Of a DNA stretch of 64,000 nucleotides, positions 63,331-64,000 are shown piece after piece. Position 1 is the first letter of the stretch. The number at the start of each line of letters is the position of its first letter. The position numbers were made by a program, and so were the translations under genes. Below the pieces are notes generated by a model. The model was not told the DNA's origin and did no database searches. It worked only from the letters and a program-made list of their open reading frames with translations. Origin of the DNA: Octopus sinensis (taxonomy: Eukaryota); the NCBI RefSeq assembly GCF_006345805.1, contig NC_043011.1, positions 14,210,464-14,274,463 of the forward strand, written 5' to 3'.

Positions 63331-63349
63331 AACATATCTTACTGTTACA

Positions 63350-63660
<311 letters not shown>

Positions 63661-64000
63661 ACGTAGGACACCATAAAGGTATCCTACGCCAACTCTGCTA
63701 ATTTAGAGCAGCTTATGCATCGCATATGCAATAGCAAAATGCGGCAATGTTTCAATAACCCATCTACTGGATCAAGCGAACACATGCATCTAAATACCAA
63801 CCAAAGAGATGTAAACCGCAATGATAAACACCAATTACGGCCAAATCGCAGTAGTAGAAATACTTATGATACAGATAACACGGTAACAACGTGAGTAAAT
63901 GGAGTCGGGACTGCCTTATATACAAATAAATACGATAAATGCTCATGCAGAGAAAAATCAAAATGTCCTTTGGTAAATCACTGTATGAGTACAAATCTTG

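Overview
Eukaryotic, AT-rich, microsatellite-laden DNA. The repeat families match those I recognise from Octopus/cephalopod genomes (inference from recognition, no database search). Nearly every supplied ORF is microsatellite or SINE noise. The window is dominated by transposable elements. SINEs: family A (tRNA head + internal microsatellite), family B (Meta/Nin-domain-like, often in tandem arrays), family C (tRNA-Arg-like), (GAT)n-tailed RTE-type 3' ends (family D) and one 5S-rRNA-headed element. DNA elements: nine copies of a ~415 bp MITE (30 bp TIRs, mostly 8 bp TSDs, internal TTAGGG), piggyBac and hAT MITEs, and Helitron/Helentron pieces including a helicase fragment. Also decayed LINEs (RTE, CR1, L1/Tx1, HERO, R4/Dong), Penelope-like repeats with minimal hammerhead ribozymes, and an LTR end with repeated tRNA-Trp-like PBS. 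Host-gene signal is thin: one good minus-strand coding exon (34277-34411), a plausible first exon and promoter at ~42.0-42.1 kb, and a second promoter-like site at ~22.9 kb. SINE and LINE boundaries are approximate; MITE boundaries are exact.
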